Part shown: positions 14,326 to 22,961 of the stretch, piece after piece
Layout: each line of letters begins with the position of its first letter
Position numbering within the stretch: position 1 is the first letter of the stretch
Source: a virus
Lineage: Duplodnaviria > Caudoviricetes
DNA length: 25,274 nt
Strand: one strand, 5' to 3'
Virus record (IMG/VR): IMGVR_UViG_3300025872_000280
Span: 1-25,274 of that record
Translations under genes and position numbers: made by a program
The notes under the pieces: generated by a model
Databases searched by the model: none
What the model saw: only the letters and a program-made list of their open reading frames with translations
Told to the model about the DNA's origin: nothing

Positions 14326-17064
14326 TTAGAACTTGGGCTGGATCGGACTGAGCGACTTGCGGCGGAATGTTTCGGTCTTCTTTGCCTTCGCCCGCTTCTC
14401 AAGATCAACCATGAAGGAAACAACCTTCTCACGGGGACTCTGAGCATCACGGATGATGTTTCCATCCGCATCTCGCGGCTTTTCCCGGCTGACGATGTCC
14501 TGAATGGTGTAGTAGCCGTCCTTCATGGCGTTTCCTGCGGAATCGCGGAACGCGAACACGGGTTCTCCGTTCGGAGCGTTGTCAACCCAGACAAGCGTGG
14601 CTCCCTTCTCAAGGGCATCGGTGCCGAGCTCGACTCCGATGAATGCCGCGATGTAGCTCTCGGTCACTCCATGGGGAGCAAACGCATCCTTCGGAAGGAC
14701 CGCTCCGTTGACGATCATCGAGTTATCTAGGACATATTGCCTAGCGTTCTTCATCGAGGTCTGAAGAGCACCGCTTGTAGACGCCATTTCCTCAACGAAC
14801 TTTCGAGTGAACATCGATGCAGCCGACTTCCGGGCATCTGGGTTCAGTTCGATTGCCGGATCAACGAACGGAATCCAATCAGCCCAGCCACGCCATCCCT
14901 TGAGGGCCAGATCCTTCAACGTTTCATCGACCTTCAGCCGATACGCTTGCATATCCGTCCCGTTCTTGTTGATGTCAGTCAAGGACAGGATGTCGGCTTC
15001 CGCGTCCATGTTGAGGGACTGAGCTGCATCGCGCACGGCGTCTGGAAGAGACATGACTCCGCTGCTCCACTTGACGGAAGCAAGCTGTAGGAACTTGAGT
15101 GTGCGGGCTCCACGGTCTCCCATCTTCGGAAGAAGGATGTCGAGCGGAGAGCGTCCTCCAGCCGAGTTCTTGTAGAGAATCACAAGATCAGCAAGTTCCG
15201 GCCTGAGTCCGCGCTCGACATCCACGCTGATTCCATTCAAGGCGATCCGGCGGATGGACTCAAGCCTGTCCTCAAGGTCGAAGTGAAGGGCTGCCTGAAT
15301 CTCGTTCATCTTCAGGCTCATTCGGATCTGGTCCTTCAGCTGCCTGACATCGGCGGAATCCTGAGAAGACGGAGTAAGGTCTGAAAGTCCGTACTTAGCC
15401 ATGGCCGCCTCGGGTGCGGAATTGAGCCAGTTGTTGACCTCGACCTTCACAGCGTCGCGGATGTCCTTCTTCTTCGCATCCTCCGAAACGCGAAAGGATT
15501 CAAGCTGGGATTCAAGCTTGTTTCGCAGCGATCCAAAGTCCACGATCTCCTGCCCATTCCATTCGGAGGACTTCGGAATATTCCTGCCCTCAAGAGGATC
15601 GAAAAGGTTCCTGATGATCAGCGTCTTCGTGTTCCGGTCAGCCATTTCCCGGCCTTCGCGAGTGGCGTTGTTCCAACGCTCGTTGAACTGATCCCACATC
15701 TTCGCCTGATCCTCGATGCTCAGGTACTTGAATGCAGGGGTCAGCTGGGTTCGCCATTCATCTAGGTACTTTCCATACGAAGCATCTGCGTTTCCAGCGG
15801 CTGAATCGTTCATCGCGTCCTTGTACGCATTGGCCGCCCACGCAGAGACAATCTGGGTTTCACGCGACTTACCAAGCTCGAACCTGTTCTTCTGAACATC
15901 TTCGCGAGCCGCAAGGAGCATGGACTTCACTTCGGAGACATCGATGAGCTTTCCGGTTCCAGCCTTCAGCTCCGAAAGAATCGCCTCGGCTTCGTATGTA
16001 AGTCCGCTGCTCTTCATCGCCTCGATGAGATGGCTGGCCGTGGCGAGGTTTGCGACCCGTGGGAGACCAAGGCTCTGACCGAGTTCATCAAGGTATCCCT
16101 GAAGGTCCGGGACGATCTTGTCCTTCAAGGTGCTGTAGAACGGGCTCTTCCCCTCCCTCATGCGCTTCATCGCATGGTCGAAGATGAGTTCCCGATCCAC
16201 CGGATCAAGCTGGTCAAGGATGGACTCGGGCGTAGCGTCAGGCGGGGCATAGACAATCGCCTCGCGAGCTTCAAGAGAAAGTCCCGGAACAAGAAGCGGA
16301 ATCTGAGTCTCGACGCCGTCGAACTGGACCCCAATAGAGCGTTCAGTGACCAGCGATCCGTCTGGGCCGTACTGAGCCCCGTAGAATCCAATGTCCTTGG
16401 GAGTCTTGTCCTCGCGAAGACCAAAGTCTGGAACCTTTCCAAACGCGGTCACTGCCTCATCGACCTTCAGCCTCAGAGAATCGATGATCTTCTTCTGGTT
16501 GTACTGTCCAACGGCATCGGCGTGTTTCGCGCTCTGCTCGATGAGGAATGGGTTGAACTCCTTGTAGAAGGATCGGCTGAGATACTGGGAAGTGCCGAAC
16601 TCGGCGTTCTTCTGCTCCGCGAATGAAGCCGCCAGAGCGTCGAAGAACTGGTTGTCCTTCAGCAGCTCGGGGTTGTTCAGCACAGCGTTGTCGTAGGCCG
16701 TCTTGAAGTCGTTGCGGGCCTTTGCAGCCTCAAGGACACCGGAAGCCTGTTGCGCTCCCACGGCAAGCCACGGATTCTCGGAAGGCTTGATCTGCCCGCT
16801 TCCCACAAGATTCGCGTATGTCTTCCTGTTCTGGTTGACGAGGTCCTGACCAGCTAGGAAATCCTGCTCGTTCTGCTGCGTCTTGATCGTAGTGGCGAAC
16901 TTCGCGGCAGTCTGGGACAGGTTGCTGAATGCGTCAGCGAACTCGTATGCGTTCCTGATCGCCCCTTCGTCAATCGGCTCGACGGTCTTCCGTGGGTCGA
17001 TTGGAGCCACAAAGGTGCTGACCGGGCTGGCCGCTACTCCGAGAGATGGTCGTTGCTTTGCCAT
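14326..17064 (-). CDS. Internal virion/ejection protein (T7 gp15-like, 912 aa)
   Basis: Synteny and size; N-terminal P.A.PVSTFVAP and G.I.PSENPW motifs; Cys-free and helical. Confidence 0.8.
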   Translation of the reverse strand: MAKQRPSLGVAASPVSTFVAPIDPRKTVEPIDEGAIRNAYEFADAFSNLSQTAAKFATTIKTQQNEQDFLAGQDLVNQNRKTYANLVGSGQIKPSENPWLAVGAQQASGVLEAAKARNDFKTAYDNAVLNNPELLKDNQFFDALAASFAEQKNAEFGTSQYLSRSFYKEFNPFLIEQSAKHADAVGQYNQKKIIDSLRLKVDEAVTAFGKVPDFGLREDKTPKDIGFYGAQYGPDGSLVTERSIGVQFDGVETQIPLLVPGLSLEAREAIVYAPPDATPESILDQLDPVDRELIFDHAMKRMREGKSPFYSTLKDKIVPDLQGYLDELGQSLGLPRVANLATASHLIEAMKSSGLTYEAEAILSELKAGTGKLIDVSEVKSMLLAAREDVQKNRFELGKSRETQIVSAWAANAYKDAMNDSAAGNADASYGKYLDEWRTQLTPAFKYLSIEDQAKMWDQFNERWNNATREGREMADRNTKTLIIRNLFDPLEGRNIPKSSEWNGQEIVDFGSLRNKLESQLESFRVSEDAKKKDIRDAVKVEVNNWLNSAPEAAMAKYGLSDLTPSSQDSADVRQLKDQIRMSLKMNEIQAALHFDLEDRLESIRRIALNGISVDVERGLRPELADLVILYKNSAGGRSPLDILLPKMGDRGARTLKFLQLASVKWSSGVMSLPDAVRDAAQSLNMDAEADILSLTDINKNGTDMQAYRLKVDETLKDLALKGWRGWADWIPFVDPAIELNPDARKSAASMFTRKFVEEMASTSGALQTSMKNARQYVLDNSMIVNGAVLPKDAFAPHGVTESYIAAFIGVELGTDALEKGATLVWVDNAPNGEPVFAFRDSAGNAMKDGYYTIQDIVSREKPRDADGNIIRDAQSPREKVVSFMVDLEKRAKAKKTETFRRKSLSPIQPKF

Positions 17065-17079
17065 TGTGTTGTTCCATTA

Positions 17080-17760
17080 TCAGAAGGTCGGCATACCTCG
17101 GACCCAGCTCCCACCGCTAGTGCCGCCAGCAAGACCACCCACACTCGATCCCGTCTGCCTTACTCCAAGAGATCCGGGATTTGGGCTTCCGAAGGCCGAG
17201 TTCATCATCATTCCGACCTGAAGTCCGCTGCTGATTCCATTCATCAGGATTGCGCCCATGCTGACATTCGCAGGAGGCGGCAGAGGAGACGGATACCCGG
17301 AGTTGATGATGCTCTGCCCACGGCTGTAGATGGCCTGAGCCTCACGGTTTACCTGTGCGGTCAGGTTGCTGATATTCCTGATCGCAGCAGACTCGAAGTC
17401 GAGCACATCGCGTTCAAACTGATTGTGAATCATGTCCACGGTGCGTCCTTCGATCCCGGTCTCGGCGGTGATTGCCGCATAGCTGGCCGAAGCCTGACGA
17501 GAGTCTCGGGTGATGTTCTGAAGTTCCTGCTTCTGCGCGTCGATCTGCTGGATCCTCTGGGAGAACAGCGCATCCGTCTGCAAGCCCACATCGCGCCGAA
17601 CGCCTTCCACGGTCTGGATGTAGGCTTCATTCTGGGCTCGCGCAAGATCTCCCCTATAGCGGTTCTGCGCCCTTGCTGCGGAACTGGCGGCCTGACCTTG
17701 GGCCACAGTCTGTCCCACGCCGACGAGAACGCCGACTGTTGCGCTTACTGGGTCACACAT
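17080..17760 (-). CDS. Internal virion protein (T7 gp14-like, 226 aa)
   Basis: The true start is MCDPVS at 17760, a typical gp14 MC.P start followed by a hydrophobic Gly/Ala segment. Has a Gln/Ala-rich coil and an AETGIEGRTVD motif. Confidence 0.85.
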   Translation of the reverse strand: MCDPVSATVGVLVGVGQTVAQGQAASSAARAQNRYRGDLARAQNEAYIQTVEGVRRDVGLQTDALFSQRIQQIDAQKQELQNITRDSRQASASYAAITAETGIEGRTVDMIHNQFERDVLDFESAAIRNISNLTAQVNREAQAIYSRGQSIINSGYPSPLPPPANVSMGAILMNGISSGLQVGMMMNSAFGSPNPGSLGVRQTGSSVGGLAGGTSGGSWVRGMPTF

Positions 17761-18217
17761 TGTTTTGGATCCTGATGAACTGGTAGAAGAGACGCCGCTC
17801 GAAACCGTAGTCCGGGTGTTCGGAGATGAAGGTGAACCCAAGCCAGTTGAGCCACCTGATGTGCACGGTGTTCCGTGCGTCAATGAAGTTGTAGAGGATC
17901 GGGTAGGTCTTCTGAAAGCTGGCTACCCACTCCTTGGAGATCCTTAGAAATTCAAACTTATGGCTGTGGATATGGCTGCTTCCCAACATCCATATCCGTC
18001 CAATTGAAGGGTTCTCCTCCTGCACGATGCCGAACATACACAGGATCTTTCCTTCAGCGGACATCGTGTAGCATTCGTCTGAAACCTCTATTCCGGTAAG
18101 CAAGGCTTCCGTAGGAAACTTGCCTCCTGCTGCCATGACTTCTGAAGCATCCTCTGGACGCAGATCAGGAGCGAGGATGAAGGCGTCCTCTTTGACCGAT
18201 TGCCTGATTTCAATCAT
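17753..18217 (-). CDS. T7 gp13-like protein with a GNAT acetyltransferase-like fold (154 aa)
   Basis: LRPED..EV.A, G.IWMLGS, and L.NFIDARNTVHIRWL.WLGF.F motifs; position directly after tail tubular B. Confidence 0.85.
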   Translation of the reverse strand: MIEIRQSVKEDAFILAPDLRPEDASEVMAAGGKFPTEALLTGIEVSDECYTMSAEGKILCMFGIVQEENPSIGRIWMLGSSHIHSHKFEFLRISKEWVASFQKTYPILYNFIDARNTVHIRWLNWLGFTFISEHPDYGFERRLFYQFIRIQNNV

Positions 18218-20742
18218 GAGTATCTCTGGGCACGGTCAACATAGTCTCCCTCGATTTCCGCGCTCAGGATCTTGCAGGGAAACGCCGTGTCGTTCAGGAT
18301 TGTAACAACGACACCTGTGTTTCTTCCGTAGATGGGCGCCCTGAATACGCCTCGGTTGAGGTAGACCTTGTTGATGAGCGACGATCCCGGAATGAGGCCG
18401 CTGTAGTCGTACTCGTAGACTGACTCGTTCTCATTCTGCACTTGGATCTTGAAGTAGGCAGTATCCTCGTAGAGGACAGAGATGTTCCTGAGCTGGTAAC
18501 GACCGCTCTGAAGAGCCGATTCGCTTTGATTCAGGCCACGGATACCGGATCGTCCCTGAAGCCAGAACTGGGAGAACTGGTACTTCATCTCGTACTTGAT
18601 GCCGATAAAGACCTTGACTCCGCTGTAGTCTCCACGGACGGAGATCGTTCCTGCGGTATCGGAACCAGAGTTGTACGAGGTTCCCGAAATGACAGAAAGA
18701 GAAGCACCTTCAATCGTGTACACCGCGCTCTTACCAGCGATGTATGAGTACGGCTTTGAGAGGTTCCAAGTAGTCAGTCCGGTTGTAGAGTTGTATGTCC
18801 CATCCCCGATCTCCATGGTGGCTCTTTGATCGAGATGAGTGACCCAGTTGGAGTTCTTCAGGCTTGGGGTGATGTCCGTCAGTTCCGTTCCAAGCTTGAT
18901 CTTCTCCAGCACTGGAATAGCCGATTCGGTTCTCAGAAGTAGAACATAAAGTTCCATATCCACGAACTCTGCCCAGATGACCCTTGCAAATCCAGCGGTA
19001 TTGCTGTCAGGAAAGCTGTACTTGAACCATGCCGCTTGAATCGACTCTCCTGAAGAAGCCTTGGTGTACTTGTACAGGTACAAGTTTCCATCCGAGACAA
19101 CGGCAGCCATGTCATCCTGAGCCGTTGCGGAGATGTGCACGGGTTTTCCAGCGATGTAGCTCGGGACAACCTCGGACACCGTGTTGACCACATAGGAACC
19201 GTCGATGTTCTGCTGAGGGACAAGTTCCCTGATTCCGGTGAACCCGTTTCCACGGTTGTATCCGAAGTAGACAGACAATCCCGAAGAGACTGGCTGGATG
19301 TCGGAATAGGTCTCATAGTCACCGACAGGCAGCAGAGCCACCGACTTCGGACTGAGGATCTCGCCTCCCCGCAGGACTAGCTGGCTGCTGTCGGTGAACA
19401 GGATGAGCTCGGTGTTGAACACCGTTCCAGACTTCAGCTTTCCAACCTTTGGACTGCTGGACGAGACATCGATGGGGTCTGAGTCAGGAACATCAAGGAC
19501 CGTGGTCCTCCAGAAGTTGAAGAACTCAGACACCTCGCTCAGGATGATGTTCTCGTCGCTTAGGAAGCCTAGGCGGTTCTTGAACAGCACGATGTTGTTG
19601 ATCGGTACTCCGACAAAGCTCGGGGCGCTGTTCGTCAGATCGTCTCCGACAATCCTGTCCTCCCACTTGTATCCCGAATAGTCGGAACCAGCTGGGGCAG
19701 TTGGCGACGAAGGAGTCGTTCCATCGGCCTTCTTGAACAGGAACGAGCCATCCGACTGCCTGATCAGGATGTGAGGCATCGTGGCATAGTCGTACTTGTA
19801 CTTCAGGCTGGGAGCGATGGACTCGGCCCAGATTCCCCTAGCGAATGTCTGGTCGTTCTCAGCGACGAACTTCACATAGTAGTCATCTAGCTGGCTTTCA
19901 GGAGCGCCGAGAACCTTCACCACATAGTTGTCTGGAGCGGTGCTGGGAAGATCCTCGAAACGCTGGACCGTGTCGCGGATCAAGATCATTCCCTGACCAC
20001 CAAGATCATCTTCAGCAGTGATCTTGAAGTCTGCCGAACGAGTGATGTGGATCACGCTGTCCTTGGCCGTTGCGGTGTACGCAGGAGACCCCTGACCGCT
20101 CAACGCCGTCGCAAGAGCATTGGCGACATGGTCCGTTCCAATGTTGTTGCTTGCGGTCTTATGACTTACGGTGATGGATCCAGTTCCATCCGCATTCGTC
20201 ACGGTGATGGAGAAATCCCGGTCAACATTGCTCTGCTTGACATAGACAATGGCGTTCCTCAGGTAGTTGATCGCCGTTGTCGTGTCGTTCGCAATAGTCG
20301 GCTTCATCGTTGACTTGGAGTTCACCACGAAGGTGACATCGGCCACGGTGAGGAGCTTGAGCATCGACCTGTCGGTGTTCGCTAGGTAAGCCTGAGCGCC
20401 CGATCCATAGTGAACGGTCTGCTTCGTTCCGTCCAGCTTGTACACCTCGATGAGATTGTTCGCCTCGGTGGCTGACGGCCTGATGAAGACGAAGTACTTC
20501 TCGCTGGTGTCGCGCAGGATGATGTGCGGCTTCACCGAGCTTTCTGTGATGGTGGTGTAGATCGAGCTTGAGGCGTTCCTGATCTCGGTCACCTTGGTGG
20601 TCGGATGCCTCTTCACCAGACCTTCGATTGGGCTGGGGAATGCGTTCACCATGTCCTCGCACTGGTTCACGCTGCGGATTGCCGGAGCTTGCTGACTGAC
20701 TCCTCCGATGAGGTTCGGAATCGACTGCGTGATCAGGGGCAT
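18214..20742 (-). CDS. gp12: Tail tubular protein B / nozzle (T7 gp12-like)
   Basis: Starts MPLITQSIPNLIGGVSQQ; contains GLVKR, TVADVTFVVN, TMPHILIR, W.DR.VGDD.TN..PSFVG, FKNRLGFLS.ENIILS and DSDPIDV. Confidence 0.95.
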   Translation of the reverse strand: MPLITQSIPNLIGGVSQQAPAIRSVNQCEDMVNAFPSPIEGLVKRHPTTKVTEIRNASSSIYTTITESSVKPHIILRDTSEKYFVFIRPSATEANNLIEVYKLDGTKQTVHYGSGAQAYLANTDRSMLKLLTVADVTFVVNSKSTMKPTIANDTTTAINYLRNAIVYVKQSNVDRDFSITVTNADGTGSITVSHKTASNNIGTDHVANALATALSGQGSPAYTATAKDSVIHITRSADFKITAEDDLGGQGMILIRDTVQRFEDLPSTAPDNYVVKVLGAPESQLDDYYVKFVAENDQTFARGIWAESIAPSLKYKYDYATMPHILIRQSDGSFLFKKADGTTPSSPTAPAGSDYSGYKWEDRIVGDDLTNSAPSFVGVPINNIVLFKNRLGFLSDENIILSEVSEFFNFWRTTVLDVPDSDPIDVSSSSPKVGKLKSGTVFNTELILFTDSSQLVLRGGEILSPKSVALLPVGDYETYSDIQPVSSGLSVYFGYNRGNGFTGIRELVPQQNIDGSYVVNTVSEVVPSYIAGKPVHISATAQDDMAAVVSDGNLYLYKYTKASSGESIQAAWFKYSFPDSNTAGFARVIWAEFVDMELYVLLLRTESAIPVLEKIKLGTELTDITPSLKNSNWVTHLDQRATMEIGDGTYNSTTGLTTWNLSKPYSYIAGKSAVYTIEGASLSVISGTSYNSGSDTAGTISVRGDYSGVKVFIGIKYEMKYQFSQFWLQGRSGIRGLNQSESALQSGRYQLRNISVLYEDTAYFKIQVQNENESVYEYDYSGLIPGSSLINKVYLNRGVFRAPIYGRNTGVVVTILNDTAFPCKILSAEIEGDYVDRAQRYS

Positions 20743-21335
20743 CAGTAGGTCCTGTAGGAGGCGTTCCGGTTGACCGCGCTCAGGGTGCTGTATTCATCGA
20801 AGATGCTGTAGTCGGCGGTGTCGTTCTCGTAGGAACGCATACGGACCAGCGCCATCATCTCGTCCTGATTGTTGAACACATGGTGCTTCTCCGACCCAAG
20901 CATACGGTCGCAGAAGATCCGTGCGGCCCTGATCGTGATGTAGTTCCGGGCTGCCTCCGGCATCTCAGTGAAGTCGAGAAGGACTACCCGGCTGACAACG
21001 ATGGGGCCCGAGAAGATGTAGCTGTTGGAGACCCGGTCGTACAGCTTGTCTCCCCGGAGAACAAGATCCATGTCGGTGTACTTGTACGGATCGGAATCGA
21101 TCCTTACCGTGTTCTCCGTGACCACGATGTATCCCGTGCTGTCTGGAGCCAGCGTGATGTTCTCCTCGGTGTTGAAGTGCCATCCGTATCCCTGAACATC
21201 TCGGGAAACCTCGTCAAGGATCTGCTCCGCGATGTTGCTGTCTGCCCTCTTGGAGCTGAGTGTGTTGATCGGGGGTTCCCCGATTGCCGACAGCATCGTG
21301 TTCACTGCCTGTAGCTTGGTCGTGGTGGAGAGCAT
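20742..21335 (-). CDS. gp11: Tail tubular protein A / adaptor (T7 gp11-like, 197 aa)
   Basis: L.AVNTMLSAIGEPPI, VQ..GWHFNTE and F.EMPE.AR.YIT.RAAR.F motifs. GAGGT RBS before the ATG at 21335; TGATG coupling to gp12. Confidence 0.95.
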   Translation of the reverse strand: MLSTTTKLQAVNTMLSAIGEPPINTLSSKRADSNIAEQILDEVSRDVQGYGWHFNTEENITLAPDSTGYIVVTENTVRIDSDPYKYTDMDLVLRGDKLYDRVSNSYIFSGPIVVSRVVLLDFTEMPEAARNYITIRAARIFCDRMLGSEKHHVFNNQDEMMALVRMRSYENDTADYSIFDEYSTLSAVNRNASYRTY

Positions 21336-21345
21336 GATGGACCTC

Positions 21346-21382
21346 AAGAAACAGGAGGTGGGCTCCAGAGGAACCCACCTCC
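21346..21382 (-). terminator. T-phi-like intrinsic terminator after the capsid gene
   Basis: Minus strand reads GGAGGTGGGTTCC-TCT-GGAGCCCACCTCC then TGTTTCTT: a 13-bp stem with one G-U and an imperfect U-tract. Same position as T7 T-phi. Confidence 0.85.
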
Positions 21383-21418
21383 CTTAGGTTGTGGCGTCAG
21401 CCTTTCGGCTGGTTTTGA

Positions 21419-22522
21419 TTACGCGGTGACGAACTCGATGCAAGCCTCCTCGCGAAGGACATTGTGGCCCATCGCGTACTTCGCCAGCATGAGGGTGCCG
21501 AGACGCTCCATGATGTACTCGCTCTCGACCGAGAGATCCATGAGCTTGACCGTGCCGACCGCATCCGAATGGAACGCAATGCCGATGGTGTTGGCGTAGT
21601 TGTAGCCCGAGTAACCATCATTAGCGGTTCCACTGACATCGTTCTTGACGCCAGAAGCGCCCGCAAGAGCATCTGGGGTCGAGCTCTCGTCGGTGCTCGG
21701 AATGTGGTTCGACTTCAGGACCTTGATTCCAGCGACTTCCACGACCGTACCGGACGCAAGGCTTCCAGCGCCACCGTAGTCCTTGTTGATGGCAATACCA
21801 ACCGCAGTGCCATCGCCCTGAACAAGACGGTAGTAGTTGGCCGGGTTGAAGATCGCAACGCGACCGTCAGCCGGGACATTCTTCTCATCCATCTTCTGAG
21901 CGGCTTGGAAGAGGCCAGCGATGAGCTCGGCGGAAGTTGCGGCGGTCGATGCGGCAATATCCAGCTTGGAGCCAAGGAAGGTGGCCGAAGTGCCGCCAAA
22001 GCGATCAGTAGCCCGACGAGCACCAGCGATGACCGTGCGGATCAGGTTCTTGTCAGCCGCGTAGGCAAGAGCACGACCAATCTCCTTCGAGTAGGTCGAG
22101 CGGACATCGTAGTGGTTCTTCAGCTCATCGATGTCGGCAACGAAGCAGGAGCTGATGAGGACATCATCGATGAAGATGACCTTCTCGTTGTGCCTCATGC
22201 GGGACAGGTACTTGGCCGAGCCAGTGTCGGTTGCCGTACCAGTTGCAAAGGTTGCCGCCGATGCTCCGAGGTAGCCAGTGCTAGCACCCGTGGTGAGAAC
22301 GGATTCGCCGGGGGTGTGGTAGGCCGCGCTGGCAACGCCAGTGACTGCGAAAGTCGCGGACTTTCCGCTGCTGATGGTGCGGACCTTGGTCAGCGGGAGC
22401 ATGAGGTTTGCTTCCTCGAAGACCGAGATGATCTCGCCGCTGAAGACCTTGAGGAAGAGGGAGTCTGCGTCACCAGCCAGATTGACCTGACCAAGACGAG
22501 ACGGAGTAGTCTGAATGGGCAT
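21419..22522 (-). CDS. gp10: Major capsid protein (T7 gp10-like)
   Basis: LFLKVFSGE, RTISSGKSA.F...G, EKVI.IDD.LI, DIDE..NHYDVRS.YS.EIG.ALA..AD, AVGTVKLMDL and AKYAMGH.VLR.E motifs. Confidence 0.97.
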   Translation of the reverse strand: MPIQTTPSRLGQVNLAGDADSLFLKVFSGEIISVFEEANLMLPLTKVRTISSGKSATFAVTGVASAAYHTPGESVLTTGASTGYLGASAATFATGTATDTGSAKYLSRMRHNEKVIFIDDVLISSCFVADIDELKNHYDVRSTYSKEIGRALAYAADKNLIRTVIAGARRATDRFGGTSATFLGSKLDIAASTAATSAELIAGLFQAAQKMDEKNVPADGRVAIFNPANYYRLVQGDGTAVGIAINKDYGGAGSLASGTVVEVAGIKVLKSNHIPSTDESSTPDALAGASGVKNDVSGTANDGYSGYNYANTIGIAFHSDAVGTVKLMDLSVESEYIMERLGTLMLAKYAMGHNVLREEACIEFVTA

Positions 22523-22544
22523 TGTGTTGGGTTCCTAGAAAGAG

Positions 22545-22619
22545 AGTTGCGTGTACAAGTCTTGACCTGTAGGCGCTACTCTTGAGGTTATCCCACGCAT
22601 GGGGCCACAACTCGCAACC
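22545..22619 (-). promoter_or_regulatory. Putative structured RNA leader upstream of the capsid gene
   Basis: Outer stem GGTTGCG...CGCAACT encloses GGC-CCCA-TGCG-TGGG-ATAACC and GTAG-CGC-CTAC hairpins, and ends just 5' of the capsid RBS (AGGA). Confidence 0.5.
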
Positions 22620-22630
22620 TGTTCCACCCG

Positions 22631-22957
22631 TCAAGAAGGTGAAACTTCCTTAGACTCGTCTTCATCAACGAAGCGGGGAGGTACGCAGTACCAGCCTTCG
22701 GGAATGACCACACTGTTGTCACTGAGTGTCCACTCGCCGTTGATCAGGAGGTAGACCTTGGTCTTGCAGTTCGGGCCCACCCTGATCGGGCTTGCCTCCG
22801 GGATGAACACGGCTCTGCTGCACCCACTTGCGGATCCGAGAACCAGCACGACGAAGCAGAACAGGATCCCGATCAGCAGAAAGTGCAGTGCGTGAGAACT
22901 GGTAAGCCCGTACAAGCGACTCAAGAATCCCAAGGATGATCGCCTTGAGGATCCCAT
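22631..22957 (-). CDS. Lipoprotein, o-spanin (Rz1)-like; start uncertain (ATG 22957, or TTG 22924/22915)
   Basis: Hydrophobic FLLIGILFCFVVLVLG followed by lipobox-like ASG|C, then a Pro-containing 63-aa mature part. Overlaps 22719..22961 in another frame. Confidence 0.7.
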   Translation of the reverse strand: MGSSRRSSLGFLSRLYGLTSSHALHFLLIGILFCFVVLVLGSASGCSRAVFIPEASPIRVGPNCKTKVYLLINGEWTLSDNSVVIPEGWYCVPPRFVDEDESKEVSPS

Positions 22958-22961
22958 TCAC
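22719..22961 (-). CDS. 80-aa protein overlapping the lipoprotein gene; i-spanin (Rz)-like (MNGILKAIILGILESLVRAYQFSRTALSADRDPVLLRRAGSRIRKW...)
   Basis: GTG at 22961 overlaps the holin stop as GTGA and has a G-rich RBS. It is the C-terminal part of ORF-track frame 22719..23468 and starts with a hydrophobic/amphipathic helix. Confidence 0.55.
   Translation of the reverse strand: MNGILKAIILGILESLVRAYQFSRTALSADRDPVLLRRAGSRIRKWVQQSRVHPGGKPDQGGPELQDQGLPPDQRRVDTQ

Noticed and set aside
17761-17883. N-terminal extension of the gp14-like ORF in the track
   Set aside because: Overlaps gp13; the family-typical start is MCDP at 17760.
21397-21440. T7 10B-type frameshift extension of the capsid
   Set aside because: No slippery sequence before the TAA; the overlapping frame stops 22 nt later and a terminator follows.
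21464-22585. 373-aa plus-strand ORF antisense to the capsid gene
   Set aside because: Shadow ORF in register with the capsid codons; no recognisable motif or convincing RBS.
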